In this document: piece by piece, positions 31,159 through 42,526 of the stretch | Numbering within the stretch: position 1 is the first letter of the stretch | Layout: each line of letters starts with the position of its first letter | Origin: the human T2T-CHM13v2.0 reference genome, Homo sapiens | Length of the DNA stretch: 64,000 nt | Direction: 5' to 3' | Assembly (NCBI GenBank): GCA_009914755.4 | Contig: CP086569.2 | Coordinates: 24,544,001 to 24,608,000, forward strand | Made by a program: the position numbers and the translations under genes | Notes under the pieces: generated by a model | The model's input: only the letters and a program-made list of their open reading frames with translations | Database searches by the model: none | Told to the model about the DNA's origin: nothing

Positions 31159-32399
31159 TACTAAGCAAAATAAGACATGTGAAGGATCATGTCAAAGGTA
31201 AGAAAAATTAGGGGAACATTAAAAGCTTTCTTCCCAAGCCACTAAATCAACTTGACTAACAAAATTACCACTTGATTTAGCATTAGAAAATTACATTACA
31301 TATCAAACATAAACCCATTAATCAAATACTAAAGAAATTTCTGAGTTAAATGGTATAATGTTAGCTTATGCCGGAGCTGACCTTGAAAGATTGTTCAAAT
31401 ATGGCTCAGTGTGATTGAAAGTTCTGTGTGAATATGTTTTTGGAAAGATCCAATAGCAACATCTTAGTGTATGTTTTTGAAATAAAATGTATCTGAGTAG
31501 CAGCAAAGTTATTCTTAAATTTCCATTTTATAGCTGGAGATGTTATACCGTGACATATATGATAGGACCCAATATGGATTAATCCCTTTTAGAAGTCAAT
31601 CAGGAAGAGAGGAGCAGTTAAAACAGTTGCTTCATTTACAAACATTAGAACAATTTTCTTATTCACACCATCTGATTATTGTATTTTATTTTTTCCCCAA
31701 TGTTTATACTACACAATGAGTTAAGAATGATAAAAATAAGCTCACCAATATACTAGGTACATATTTACCAAAATCTGTGCATGCCTATACATATAAACAC
31801 AGCTGATAATTTATTAGTTAGGCTCATTTGTAATTTTTGTCACTATAGACCAGTTTTTTATTTAAATTGAAGATTAGTATACATTTTAAATGATTAGTCA
31901 AAATAAAAAATCTAAAATGTGCTCTAAATACTTCTTAGGTCAGAAAAAAAAAAGTCAAAAGCTAGAATATAGAGAAATTAAGAAATGCCCTAAATTTCTA
32001 ACCTGACAAAAATTCATACAAGAGTTAAATATTTTAATGGAAAATAGAACAGAACTAATCATGGAAGAAATTATAGAAAGGAAACAAAATAAACAGATTA
32101 TATGGAGGATTTTTAGAAGATAAGTAAATAAATTAATATACTAGGAAAAAACAAGGGAAATATAATTGATAAATACAGGTAAGAGTTCTTTTGAAATAAT
32201 GATAAAATAGAAAATCTCTGTCAAAACTAAAAGGAAAGATGCATAAATATATAAATAAATGATAAAAAGATGTTGCATACATATATGACTTTTTCAGAAT
32301 CAAAAAAATTAAATTTCTGTAATAAAATTTAAATGTTTATAAATTTAAAAAACTAGAAGAAAGAATGTTGACTGTTCACAATACAAATAAATGACAAAT

Positions 32400-32515
32400 A
32401 TTTGAGGTGATGGATATGCTAATTATCCTTATTTGATCATTGGACATTGTATACATGTATCAAAATATCACTCTGTATCCCATGAATATGTACAATTATT
32501 TGTCTCAAAAACAAA
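32400..32515 (+). mobile_element. L1 3'-terminal fragment
   Basis: 'ggtgatggatatgctaattatccttatttgatcattggacattgtatacatgtatcaaaatatcactctgtatcccatgaatatgtacaattatttgtctcaaaaacaaacaaaaaaaaag' is an old-L1 3'-UTR end plus A-rich tail. Confidence 0.6.
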
Positions 32516-32539
32516 CAAAAAAAAAGATAATGGGAGAAT

Positions 32540-32660
32540 GTTGAAAACTCAGAGAGAAGAGCAACTGTCACAGATAGGGATCCAGATAACATTAGCAGCT
32601 GATTTCTCAGCAGAAACCTTGAAGGCCAGTAGGCAGTGGATTATATATTTAAAATAATGA
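32540..32660 (+). mobile_element. L1 ORF1-like C-terminal fragment
   Basis: Translation '..KTQREEQLSQIGIQITLAADFSAETLKASRQWIIYLK' resembles the L1 ORF1 C-terminus '..KGKPIRLTADLSAETLQARREWGPIFNILKE'. Confidence 0.45.
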
Positions 32661-34063
32661 AGAAACCTGTCAATTGAGAAATCTATAGCTGGAAAACTTA
32701 TCCTTCAAAAATGAAGGAGAAATTAAGACATTTCCGGATTTTTTTTTTAAACTGAAAAAAATCCATTTATCCCTGAATTTGCCATTCAAGAAGTGTTAAG
32801 TCCTTCAGGTTGAAATAAATGAACTCTAGGCAATAACTATATAAGTAAATAAGCAAGCTGTGTGAATATACAAAGCTCTCTGGTAAAGGTAAATACATAA
32901 ACAAACATAAAAACAGTCCTATTGTTATTTTGGTTTGCAACTCTGCTTTTTATTTTCTACATAATTTAAAAGGCAAATGCATAAAATGTAATTGTAAATC
33001 TGTTAGCTGGTATACAATGAATAAAGATATAATTTGTTACATCAATAACATAAAAAGAGTAGAGCTATATATATAGCAGTCGAATTTTGGAATGCGATTG
33101 AACTTAAGTTGAAATAAATTCAAATTAAAATGTTATAACTCTAGGATGTAATTCTCATAGTAACCAAAAATGAAATATACATAGAATATAAACAAAAGGA
33201 AATGAGACTAGAAACAAAATGTGTCACTACAAAAAAATCAACTAAAGATAAAAAAGAAATAATTGAGAAAATGATTGGCAAAAATCAGTAACTCTGATGT
33301 ATTAAAACTTTCCATGCTACATAAAACTGAAAACTCTATTTCACATAAAACTGGAGCTGAAAGAGACAAATATTTACCTATAAAGTTAAAAGTTATATAG
33401 GGAACAAACACTAATTTTTTTTAGAAAAAATTATAAAAAGAGTAAAAATATGCCTTATACTACCATAATTTCATGTTTTACAGCTCTGGGAAAATAGAAA
33501 ATAAAATGTTCTGTTAGCATGAATCCCTCTGTGACCCCAAAAAACCCTATGGATTGCATCATTATTACCTAAAAAGTCTATTCTCAAATGCAGCAGAGTG
33601 ATTTTTTTACAAGGTAGATATTAATTTTAGATATGGAATAATATTGGTGATTTCAATTTTATAACACTGGGTTAAGATGAAAGAATGAGAAGTTAAAGGT
33701 CCCTCAGCAATATAACCCACAAACATGTTCAGAAGCAGTAAGAAGTTACATTAATTATCTTTTGAAAGTCGATAATCTACATCTTTAATGTATGCATATA
33801 GCATAGCTAATGTACTATCACTGGGTCCATTTATTCAATGAATAATTGCTGCTATGTGTCAGACATTTTTCTAGGCCTAGGAATGGATACATAAGTGAAC
33901 AAAGCAAAGATTCTGGTTCTTGTAGAGTTTCCATTAAAAGACCATTTAGTAAAACTTTTCTTCCCCCAAATTATAAAATCTGTAAGATGATTTAACAACA
34001 TGTGTAAAAGTCATTGTGGGCCAGGCACGGTGGCTCATACCAGATGTGGTGACTCATAGCAGT

Positions 34064-34329
34064 CTGTCACCCAGGCTGGAGTGCAGTGGCACAATCTCTG
34101 CTCACTGCAACTTCTGCCTCCTGGGTACAAGCGATTCTCCTGCCTCAGCTTTCTGAGTAGCAAGGACTACAGGTGCACACCATCACGCCTGGCTAATTTT
34201 TGTACTATTAGTACAGACGGAGTTTCACCATGTTGGCCAGGCTGGTCTCGAACTCCTGACCTCAAATGATCCGCCCACCTCGACCTCCTAAAGTGCTGGA
34301 ATTACAGATGTGAGCCACAATGCCTGGCC
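34064..34329 (-). mobile_element. Alu SINE (reverse orientation, 3'-truncated) preceded by a ~25-bp forward Alu 5' scrap (34,019-34,043)
   Basis: 'tctgtcacccaggctggagtgcagtggcacaatctctgctcactgcaacttctgcctcctgggtacaagcgattctcctgcctcagc...ctcctaaagtgctggaattacagatgtgagccacaatgcctggcc'. Confidence 0.85.
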
Positions 34330-34875
34330 TTATTTTCTACAACTTTGGTAACTTTAGCATATACCCCAAATCTGTAAGACATAATATTATAATTCAAATG
34401 CAACTCATGGCTTCTCATTGTACTCTTTCTCTAGCTTTTGAATTATTTATTCTAATATCAGTTTTAATTCTGACACAATAGCATGGGAGTTCTAATCAAA
34501 ATCCAACCTTTTATCATAAAAACTATGAAGAAATTATGAGTAGAATTTAAAAAGGAAAATAGGCCTATTAATTAGATTTGTCTTTGTAGCATTTAACTCT
34601 ATAATAAATAATATTTTATGCCTATGAGTCCCCAACAAAGCCTCCAGCTTCTATTTAGATATAAAACGTAAAAGTCACTACTGGATCCACAAGCAAGACT
34701 ATGGTAAAGAAATTTCTCCACCTAACCAGCTTCTTTTACATGATGTTACATGTTTCTTTTGTTTTTTTCATTTTGGCAAATATTGATTGTCATCTTCGTG
34801 TTTGTCTATGTCCTAAGTGCTGGGATACAGAATCTGAAAACATGGACACAGGACCTGCCTTCAAGTTCACCCTTT

Positions 34876-35220
<345 letters not shown>

Positions 35221-35677
35221 TAAGCAAGCCAATTTTTAAAATGAGAACTGCAATTAGAGTTAAATGCTACAAAGACAATCTCACAGGAAGATGGGATGCA
35301 GAATGATAAGGCTTTCAGAATAGTAAGAGAAATTATTGTTTCTTACGATGTTTGTCTTTCTTTGTATCAGTGCTCAGCTGAGTCTGCAGTGCTTCAGAGG
35401 CAGCTTTCATTTTATAAAAATCTATGATTTCTCCTTCCAGTTGTTTTTTCTCTTCCTCGAGCTTCCTTATCTCCTCCTGCTGAATCATTTTAAGATGCTC
35501 GAACTTGTCCTGCAGCTGTGAAACCAATGTGCAGTTGTGACACCAAAGCAGTGTGGCTGAACACCCAAAAGAATATGCTTTTTTCTGATTATCAAACAAA
35601 CCCAAATCATCACAGTAGAGCATGATCTTACTAATAATCTCAAAAACTCAGGAGTAAACACTCAGATATGGAATTTT

Positions 35678-35966
35678 TCTTTTCTTTCTTTTTTCCTTTT
35701 ATAAGATGGAGTCTCACTCTGTTGCCCAGGCTGGAGTGCACTGGTGCGATCTCAGCTCACTGCAACCCCCATCTCCCAGTTCAAGTGATTCTCCTGCCTC
35801 AGCCTCTTGAGTAGCTGGGACTACAGGCATGCACCACCACTACAGGCGTGTGCCACCACACCTGGCTAATTTTTGTATTTTTAGTAGAAATGGGGTTTTG
35901 CCATGTTGGCCAGTCTGGTCTTGAACTCCTGACCTCAGGTGATCCTCCCACTTTGGCCTCCCAAAG
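35678..35966 (-). mobile_element. Alu SINE (reverse orientation), 5' end truncated by the adjacent Alu fragments
   Basis: '...ataagatggagtctcactctgttgcccaggctggagtgcactggtgcgatctcagctcactgcaacccccatctcccagttcaagtgattctcctgcctcagcctcttgagtagctgggactacagg...ctgacctcaggtgatcctcccactttggcctcccaaag'. Confidence 0.88.
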
Positions 35967-35967
35967 A

Positions 35968-36180
35968 CTTTTTTTCTTTTTTAATATAGAGACAAGTTCT
36001 CAGTATATTGTCCAGGCTGGTCTCAAACTCCTGAGCTCAAGTGATCCTCCCACCTCAGCTTCCCAAAGTGCTGGGACTGACTGGATGCAGTGGCTCATGC
36101 TTGTAAACTCAGCACTTTGGGAGGCCAAGGTGGGAGGATCGCTTGAGCCCAGGAGTTCAGGACCAGACTGGGTGATATAA
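35968..36180. mobile_element. Two juxtaposed Alu monomer fragments: reverse-orientation piece at 35,968-36,078, forward left-monomer piece at 36,079-36,180
   Basis: '...gagacaagttctcagtatattgtccaggctggtctcaaactcctgagctcaagtgatcctcccacctcagcttcccaaagtgctgggact' then 'gactggatgcagtggctcatgcttgtaaactcagcactttgggaggccaaggtgggaggatcgcttgagcccaggagttcaggaccag'. Confidence 0.75.
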
Positions 36181-36289
36181 CACAATAGTAAACTTCAACA
36201 GGAGAGAGAATCTGTAAACTTGAATATAGATCTTCTGAAATTATCCAGTCAGAGGATAAAGAAAAAAAGAATAAAAAAGAGAAAAGAAG

Positions 36290-36645
<356 letters not shown>

Positions 36646-37067
36646 TTAGGCAAACCATTGTCAGGTTATGGGAGTTTGAGAAGGAAAGTAGAGAAAGGAC
36701 AAGAAAGCTTATTTAAAGAATGGCTGAAAACTGCCTAAATCATAGGAAAGATTTAGACATCTAAACCCATGAAGCTTAAAGATTCCTAAAGAGGTTCAAA
36801 CCAAATAGATACTCACCAAGTCACAATATAATCAAATAGTCAAAAGTTAAAGAAACTTTGCAGGTCAGGACAGAATCGAATAATACATTCAAAGTGCTGA
36901 AAGAAAAAAACTGCCAGCAACTAATACTATGTCTGACAAAGCTGTCCTTCAGATAGAAAGAAGAAATAACATGTTTCCTCGACAAACAAAGCTGAGGGCA
37001 TTCAGGACCACTAGGTCTACCTTAAAAAAAATGCTTAACGGAGTTTTTCAAGTAAAAATGAATGAAG

Positions 37068-37304
37068 TTAGGAGCGGTGGCTCATGCCTGTAATCCCATT
37101 TTGGGAGGCCGAGGTGGGTGGATCACCCGAGGTCAGGAGGTCAAGACCAGCCTGGCCAACATGGCAAAACCCCACCTCCAGTAAAAATACAACAAATCGC
37201 CAGGTATGAAGGCCACTGAGATCGTGCCACTGCACTCCAGCCTGGGTGACAAGAGTCAAACTACATTTCAAAAACAAAAAACAAAACAAACAAAAAAACA
37301 AAAC
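37068..37304 (+). mobile_element. Alu SINE with internal deletion, A-rich tail abutting the CIC-derived sequence
   Basis: 'gttaggagcggtggctcatgcctgtaatcccattttgggaggccgaggtgggtggatcacccgaggtcaggaggtcaagaccagcctggccaacatggcaaaaccccacctcc...gtgccactgcactccagcctgggtgacaagagtcaaactacatttcaaaaacaaaaaacaaaacaaacaaaaaaacaaaac'. Confidence 0.85.
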
Positions 37305-39640
37305 TTGAGGTCTGTCCTTCTGCTCCTCTCCAACCCCCCCTTCTCTGGGCCCAAGCCACCTTGGCTGAGGAGGGGGCAAGGAGGTGTGGGCCCCTGCCAG
37401 GAACCCTGTGCCCAGACCAAGTACTCAGCCCCCAGGCCTGCGTTCAGTGAGGCCTCCCGTGGCGTCAGCATGTTCGTGTGGAGCAATGTGGAAGGTCATT
37501 CTGTGGCCATGTTCCCCTGGTACTCCATCCCCTTCCTGAACCCTCCCTGCAGCCACACGAGGCCCAGCAACCTGCCAGTCACTCAGTGGCCTCCAACCAG
37601 AGAAAACAACCTGCCAAGTTGGCAGCTGTTGCTCACGAGCATCCACCAGGTGGGACAGGGAGTGTTGACCCTGGGCGGCCCCCTGGAGCCACCTGCCCTG
37701 AAAGCCCAGGGCCCGCAACCCCACACACTTTGGGGGTGGTGGAACCTGGTAAAAGCTCATCTCCCACCATGGAGGAGGAGCCCTGGGCCCCTCAGGGGAG
37801 TCCCTGCTGGACAGTGAGACAGAGAATGACCATGATGATGCTTTCCTCTCCATCATGTCTCCTGACACCCAGTTGCCTCTACCACTCAGATGATGTCAGG
37901 CCCAGTTCCTCAGTGCCCTGCACAAGGAACAGGGCTCATCTTCTGAGAAGGATGGACGCAGCCCCAACAAATGGGACAAGGACCACATCCGGTGTCCCAT
38001 GAGTGGCGGTCATGATCTTCAGCAAGCGGCACCAGGCCCTGGCAGGGCACACCAGGGTCACCCCAACCAGGATAACTGGACCGTCAGCCAGATGCTGAGC
38101 AAGTGGTGGTACACCCTGGGGCCCAATGAGAGGCAGAAATACCATGAACTGGCCTTCCAGGTGAAGGTGGCCCACTTGCAATAAGGACTGAAAGAAGTTC
38201 AGCTCAGAGGCCAAGCCCACAAGCCAGGGGCTAGCAGGAGTGTAACAAAGGCTCGTGGGAGTGGAGCATGTCAGAGACTGGCACTGCCACTGCCCCTGGG
38301 GTGTCCTCTGAACTCCTGTCAGTTGCAGCCCAAACACTCCAGAGCTCGGATACCAAGGAGCAGCTTCTGTGGGGCAGAATGGCTGCACACAGTCAGGGAA
38401 CCTGGCTCAGCCTGGCCCAAGCCTTCTCCCACAGGGGGGTACACAGCCTGGATGGCAGGGAAATAGACCATCAGGCACTACAGGAACTGACACAGGTGGT
38501 ATCTGGCACTGCATCATACTCTGGCCCAAAGCCTTCTACTCAGTATGGAGCTCCAGGCCACTTTGCAGCCCCTGGTGAGGGAGGTGACCAGTGGGCAGCC
38601 CTGCTGCTGCCCACCTGAGCTGGTCATTCCCAGCACATGGCCAGTGAGGACATAGCGAGTGACAAGGAGCACACGGTCATCCATGAGGAATAGGGTGTGA
38701 TGATGTCATTGCTGATGATGGCTTTAGCACCACTGACACTGATCTCAAGTTCAAGGAGTGGGTGACCGACTGAGAGTGGGGACAACTCTGGGGAGGAGCC
38801 AGAGGGCAACAAGGGCTTTAGTGGGAAGGTATTTGCACCTGTCATTCCTTCCTCCTTTACTCCTGCTGCCCCTTGCTGGATCCTGAGCCCCCAGGGTCCC
38901 CCGATCCACCTGCAGCTTTTGGCAAAGTCTATGGTCCCACCCTGTCCTCCTCCTACACATACTCGGATGCTTCCTCCTCAATCTTGGCACCCACCTCCTT
39001 CTTACTGGGCCCAGGAGCCTTCAAAGCCCAGGAGTCTGGTCAAGGCAGCAGAGCGGGCCCCCTACAGCCCCTACCCCTGGGGATGTGGACCCAGGGATGC
39101 CTTCCAAGGTGACCTGTTTCCTCCCAATGGATCCTTCCACCTTCTGGTGCAAGAGACCTGAAAGTGTGGGTGACCTGGAGCTACCAGGCTCCTCAGTCAT
39201 CAGGGTCCCTCCCAACACTAAGGCTTTCCTAGGCAGGAGCTGGGCTGAGCCACCTGGGGGGCAGAGCCTGAAGAGAAACTGACTGGGCTTTTGGGGTCGG
39301 GGAAGAGGGAACCCCACAGACATGGATCCCACACTGGAGGACCCCACCACACCCAAATGCAAGATGAGAAGATGCTCCAGCTGCAGCCCAAAGCCCAACA
39401 CCCCCAAGTGTGCCATGTGTGATGGGGACAGCTTCCCCTTTGCCTGTACAGTTGGAGAAGCCAAGGACAGGCTCAGGGAACTGGAGACCGAGTAGGCGCT
39501 GTCCTCTTCACTGCACGCGCCCTGGACCAGTGCCAGCCCTGATCATGCAGCATTTCCAGGCCCCCTTCTTCTTCCTGTCCACTAGGCCACAGCCGCCCTC
39601 CAGGCCCACTATGTACACATCTTCCCCTCCAAGGTTTGTT
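37305..39640 (+). pseudogene. CICP: Capicua (CIC, short isoform)-derived processed pseudogene, main collinear part from the CIC-S 5' end through the HMG box to the C1 motif. It fits the CICP family of subtelomeric capicua pseudogenes.
   Basis: The six-frame ORFs track CIC-S in cDNA order with frameshifts and stops. '..[30 protein letters not shown]..' and '[54 protein letters not shown]..' match the CIC-S N-terminus. '[50 protein letters not shown]' matches the CIC HMG box '[64 protein letters not shown]'. '[82 protein letters not shown]' matches CIC '[24 protein letters not shown]..'. '[34 protein letters not shown]' matches CIC '[34 protein letters not shown]'. After an apparent internal deletion, 'LGFWGRGRGNPTDMDPTLEDPTTPKCKMRRCSSCSPKPNTPKCAMCDGDSFPF..' matches CIC '..[53 protein letters not shown]..'. 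The segment ends 'AALQAHYVHIFPSKVC' (C1 motif '[16 protein letters not shown]') at 39,640. No introns are evident across regions that span several CIC exons. Confidence 0.85.
37981..38184 (+). other. HMG-box coding remnant within the CIC pseudogene
   Basis: 'gacaaggaccacatccggtgtcccatgagtggcggtcatgatcttcagcaagcggcaccaggccctggcagggcacaccagggtcaccccaaccaggataactggaccgtcagccagatgctgagcaagtggtggtacaccctggggcccaatgagaggcagaaataccatgaactggccttccaggtgaag'. A frameshift destroys the '[17 protein letters not shown]' helix, but the nucleotide similarity to CIC ('atgaatgccttcatgatcttcagcaagcggcaccgggccctggtgcac...') persists. Confidence 0.8.
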
Positions 39641-40165
39641 CTGCCCCTGCCCTGACTCCCAGCCCTGTGGGGGTCCTGACCACACCTCACCTGGCTCAGA
39701 CTCTTGACGCTGCCCTGGCTGCCCCACCACTGCCTCTGCCTGAGAGTCACATGAGGCTGAGAGTAGGGGCAGGGGCAGCAGTGGTGCCAGTTGGGGGGTG
39801 GTCCAGTGGGAGGAGCCTCAGCCTTGTGGGCTGCTCCATGGGACTGATGACTGCATGATCTTCTGGGCACCTCATGGATCTTCAACTGCAGGTGAAACAG
39901 ATGCTGGTGGTGGCTGCAGGGCCGCTGGGAGCTGCTGCATGGGTCCCAGAGGCTGGACTGGGGCAGGTGCCAACTGAAGCTGCTGGGGCAGCAAGGGCAG
40001 GATGTTCTGCACACAAACCTTGGAAAAGAAGGTGTGTGCATAGCGGGTCCACTGCTGCTGCCCCTGCCCTGACTCCCAGCCCTGCCTGACCCCACCTCAC
40101 CCTGCTTAGGCTCTGGCGCAACCCTGGCTGCCCTGCCACTGCCTCTGCCCCAGAGTTGGGGCCTT
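39641..40165 (-). pseudogene. CICP: Inverted (minus-strand) CIC C-terminal block, converging on the + strand part: C1 motif, then a P/Q/A-rich insert, then '[14 protein letters not shown]', then a Pro-rich tail
   Basis: Minus-strand reading from 40,056 downward gives 'RYAHTFFSKVC', then 'VQNILPLLPQQLQLAPAPVQPLGPMQQLPAALQPPPASVSP', then 'HLQLKIHEV'. A frameshift follows, then 'RQKIMQSSVPWSSPQG.GSSHWTTPQLAPLLPLPLLSA' and a Pro/Gly-rich tail. I recall the CIC C1 motif and tail as '[47 protein letters not shown]...'. The key nucleotides, reverse complement of 39,851-39,891, are 'ctgcagttgaagatccatgaggtgcccagaagatcatgcag'. The + strand reading of 39,641-39,850 is also weakly CIC-tail-like, because the sequence is GC-rich and low-complexity, so orientation is firmest for 39,851-40,056. 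Confidence 0.6.
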
Positions 40166-41175
<1,010 letters not shown>

Positions 41176-41295
41176 AAAAATTCAGGCTTGGTGCAGAAAC
41201 TCACTCCAAATAAATTACCTACCAAAATATTTATATAATGGTGGAAATATTCCAAAATTCCATATTTTGGGATTTATACACAAAAGATAAACAAA

Positions 41296-42175
41296 TTAGA
41301 GGCCAAGAGGCTGCCGGAAGGGAAAAACGGGGCCTGGAAAGGCCGCTGTGAGGAATGAGCTGGGCCTAAAGAGGCCACTGGCAGGCAGGAGCTGGACCTG
41401 CTGAAGTGGCCGAAAGGCAGGAGCTTTGGACCGGGGAGGCCGCAGTGAGGCGAGAGCTAGCTGGGCTTGGAGAGTCCGCTGTGAGGCCAAGGCCGGGCCC
41501 GTGCAGGCCTTCAAGAGGCAGGAGGCCAGGCCTGCAAAGGCTGACTGGAGGTCAAGTTCGGGGCCTGAAGAGGCCGCCAAAAGTCAAAAGCAAGGCCTGG
41601 GAAGGCCGCCGAGAGCCATGAGCTGGGCTGGGCCAAAAGAGGCCACTGGGAGGCAGGAGGAGCTGGGCCTGGAGAGGCTGACTCGAGGAAGTTTTGCACC
41701 TGGAGAGGCCACCGAGAGGACGGAGCTGGGCCCAGGGAGGCTGACTTGCAGCTCTTCCAGGCCCACTTCCAGGCCGACTTGAGGAAGACTTGGGCCTGCA
41801 GAGGCAGCCAGGAGGCTGGAGCTGGTCCTGGAGAGGCCAACTTCGGGACGATTTGGGCCTTCAGAGGCTACCAGGAGGCCCAAGCTGGGCCTAGAGGAGC
41901 CCACCAACCGGAGGCTGTTTGGGGCCTGCAGATGCCATTGGAGGGTAGGAGCTGAGCCTGAAGAGGCCACCGTGAGGCCTGAGCTGGGCCTGGGGAGCTT
42001 GGCTTCGGAAAGTTGTGGGCCTACCAGGGCCCCTGGGAGCTGGGCAGGAGCTGAGTCCAAAGACGTTGTTGGGAGGCCGGAGTCGGGCCTGGAGACACAG
42101 CCGGGAGGAAGAGCTGGGCCCGGAGAGGATGCCAGGAGGCTGCAAGTGGGTCTGGAGAGGCTGACTTGAGGAGGC
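41296..42175 (+). repeat. Degenerate GC-rich minisatellite, ~30-35-bp units, about 25-30 copies
   Basis: Units of the form 'gagctgggcctggagaggccac(c/t)g(a/g)gaggc(a/g)g', for example 'aggccactgggaggcaggaggagctgggcctggag|aggctgactcgaggaagttttgcacctggag|aggccaccgagaggacggagctgggcccaggg|...|aggcagccaggaggctggagctggtcctggag|aggccaacttcgggacgatttgggccttcag'. Nearly every unit ends '(c/g)ag|aggc'. Confidence 0.85.
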
Positions 42176-42520
42176 CCGTCCTCTGCCTCCCGCATGGCGG
42201 CCTCTGTAGGCCCAGCTGTTCCTCCTGGCTGCATCTCCCAGCCCAGCTCCTGCCTCCCAGCAAACAAGCTCTTTTGGCTCAGCTCCTGCCGGCCTTTGTA
42301 GACCCCGAAGTTTCTGCAACCAAGCTCTTCAGGCCCACATCCCACCTCCCAGAGGCTTGAACAGTCCCAGCTCCGGCTGGAGAAGAGCGTCTGCAGGCCC
42401 CACTGTTGCCTCCCAGGGGCGTCTCCAGGCCCAGCTCTCACCCCACTGTGGCCTCCCAGGCCCAAGTCCCTGCCTGCCTCCCAGCAGCCCGCATGTGACC
42501 CTGCTCCTCCCTCACGGTGG
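42176..42520 (-). repeat. The same minisatellite in inverted orientation (second arm of a large imperfect palindrome)
   Basis: 'gcctcccagcccagctcctgcctcccagcaaacaagctcttttggctcagctcctgccggcctttgtagaccccgaagtttctgcaaccaagctcttcaggccc...' Its reverse complement, 'gggcctgaagagcttggttgcagaaacttcggggtctacaaaggccggcaggagctgagccaaaagagcttgtttgctgggaggcaggagctgggctgggag', aligns unit-for-unit with the forward arm at about 41,990-42,140 ('gggcctggggagcttggcttcggaaagttgtgggcctaccagggcccctgggagctgggcaggagctgagtccaaagacg...'). The symmetry centre is near 42,170-42,185. Confidence 0.75.
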
Positions 42521-42526
42521 CCTGTT

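Noticed and set aside
39641-39850. Plus-strand CIC-tail-like reading ('APALTPSPVGGPDHTSPGSDS..AALAAPPLPLPES') suggesting the tail is collinear with the + copy
   Set aside because: It is not rejected outright. However, the segment is GC-rich and P/A/G/S-rich and gives comparable weak matches to the CIC tail on both strands. The unambiguous, non-low-complexity matches ('LQLKIHEV', 'RQKIMQ', second 'FPSKVC') are on the minus strand, so I weight the inverted-block model more heavily. Only nucleotide alignment to CIC cDNA can settle it.
41584-42465. 293-aa minus-strand ORF and several 60-140-aa ORFs on both strands
   Set aside because: They are produced by reading the GC-rich 30-35-bp minisatellite in frame ('..PEVGLSRTSSSLLAASAGPSLPQVGLEVGLEELQVSLPGPSS..'). 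The periodic low-complexity translation, overlapping ORFs on both strands and lack of any start context mark them as artefacts of the repeat.
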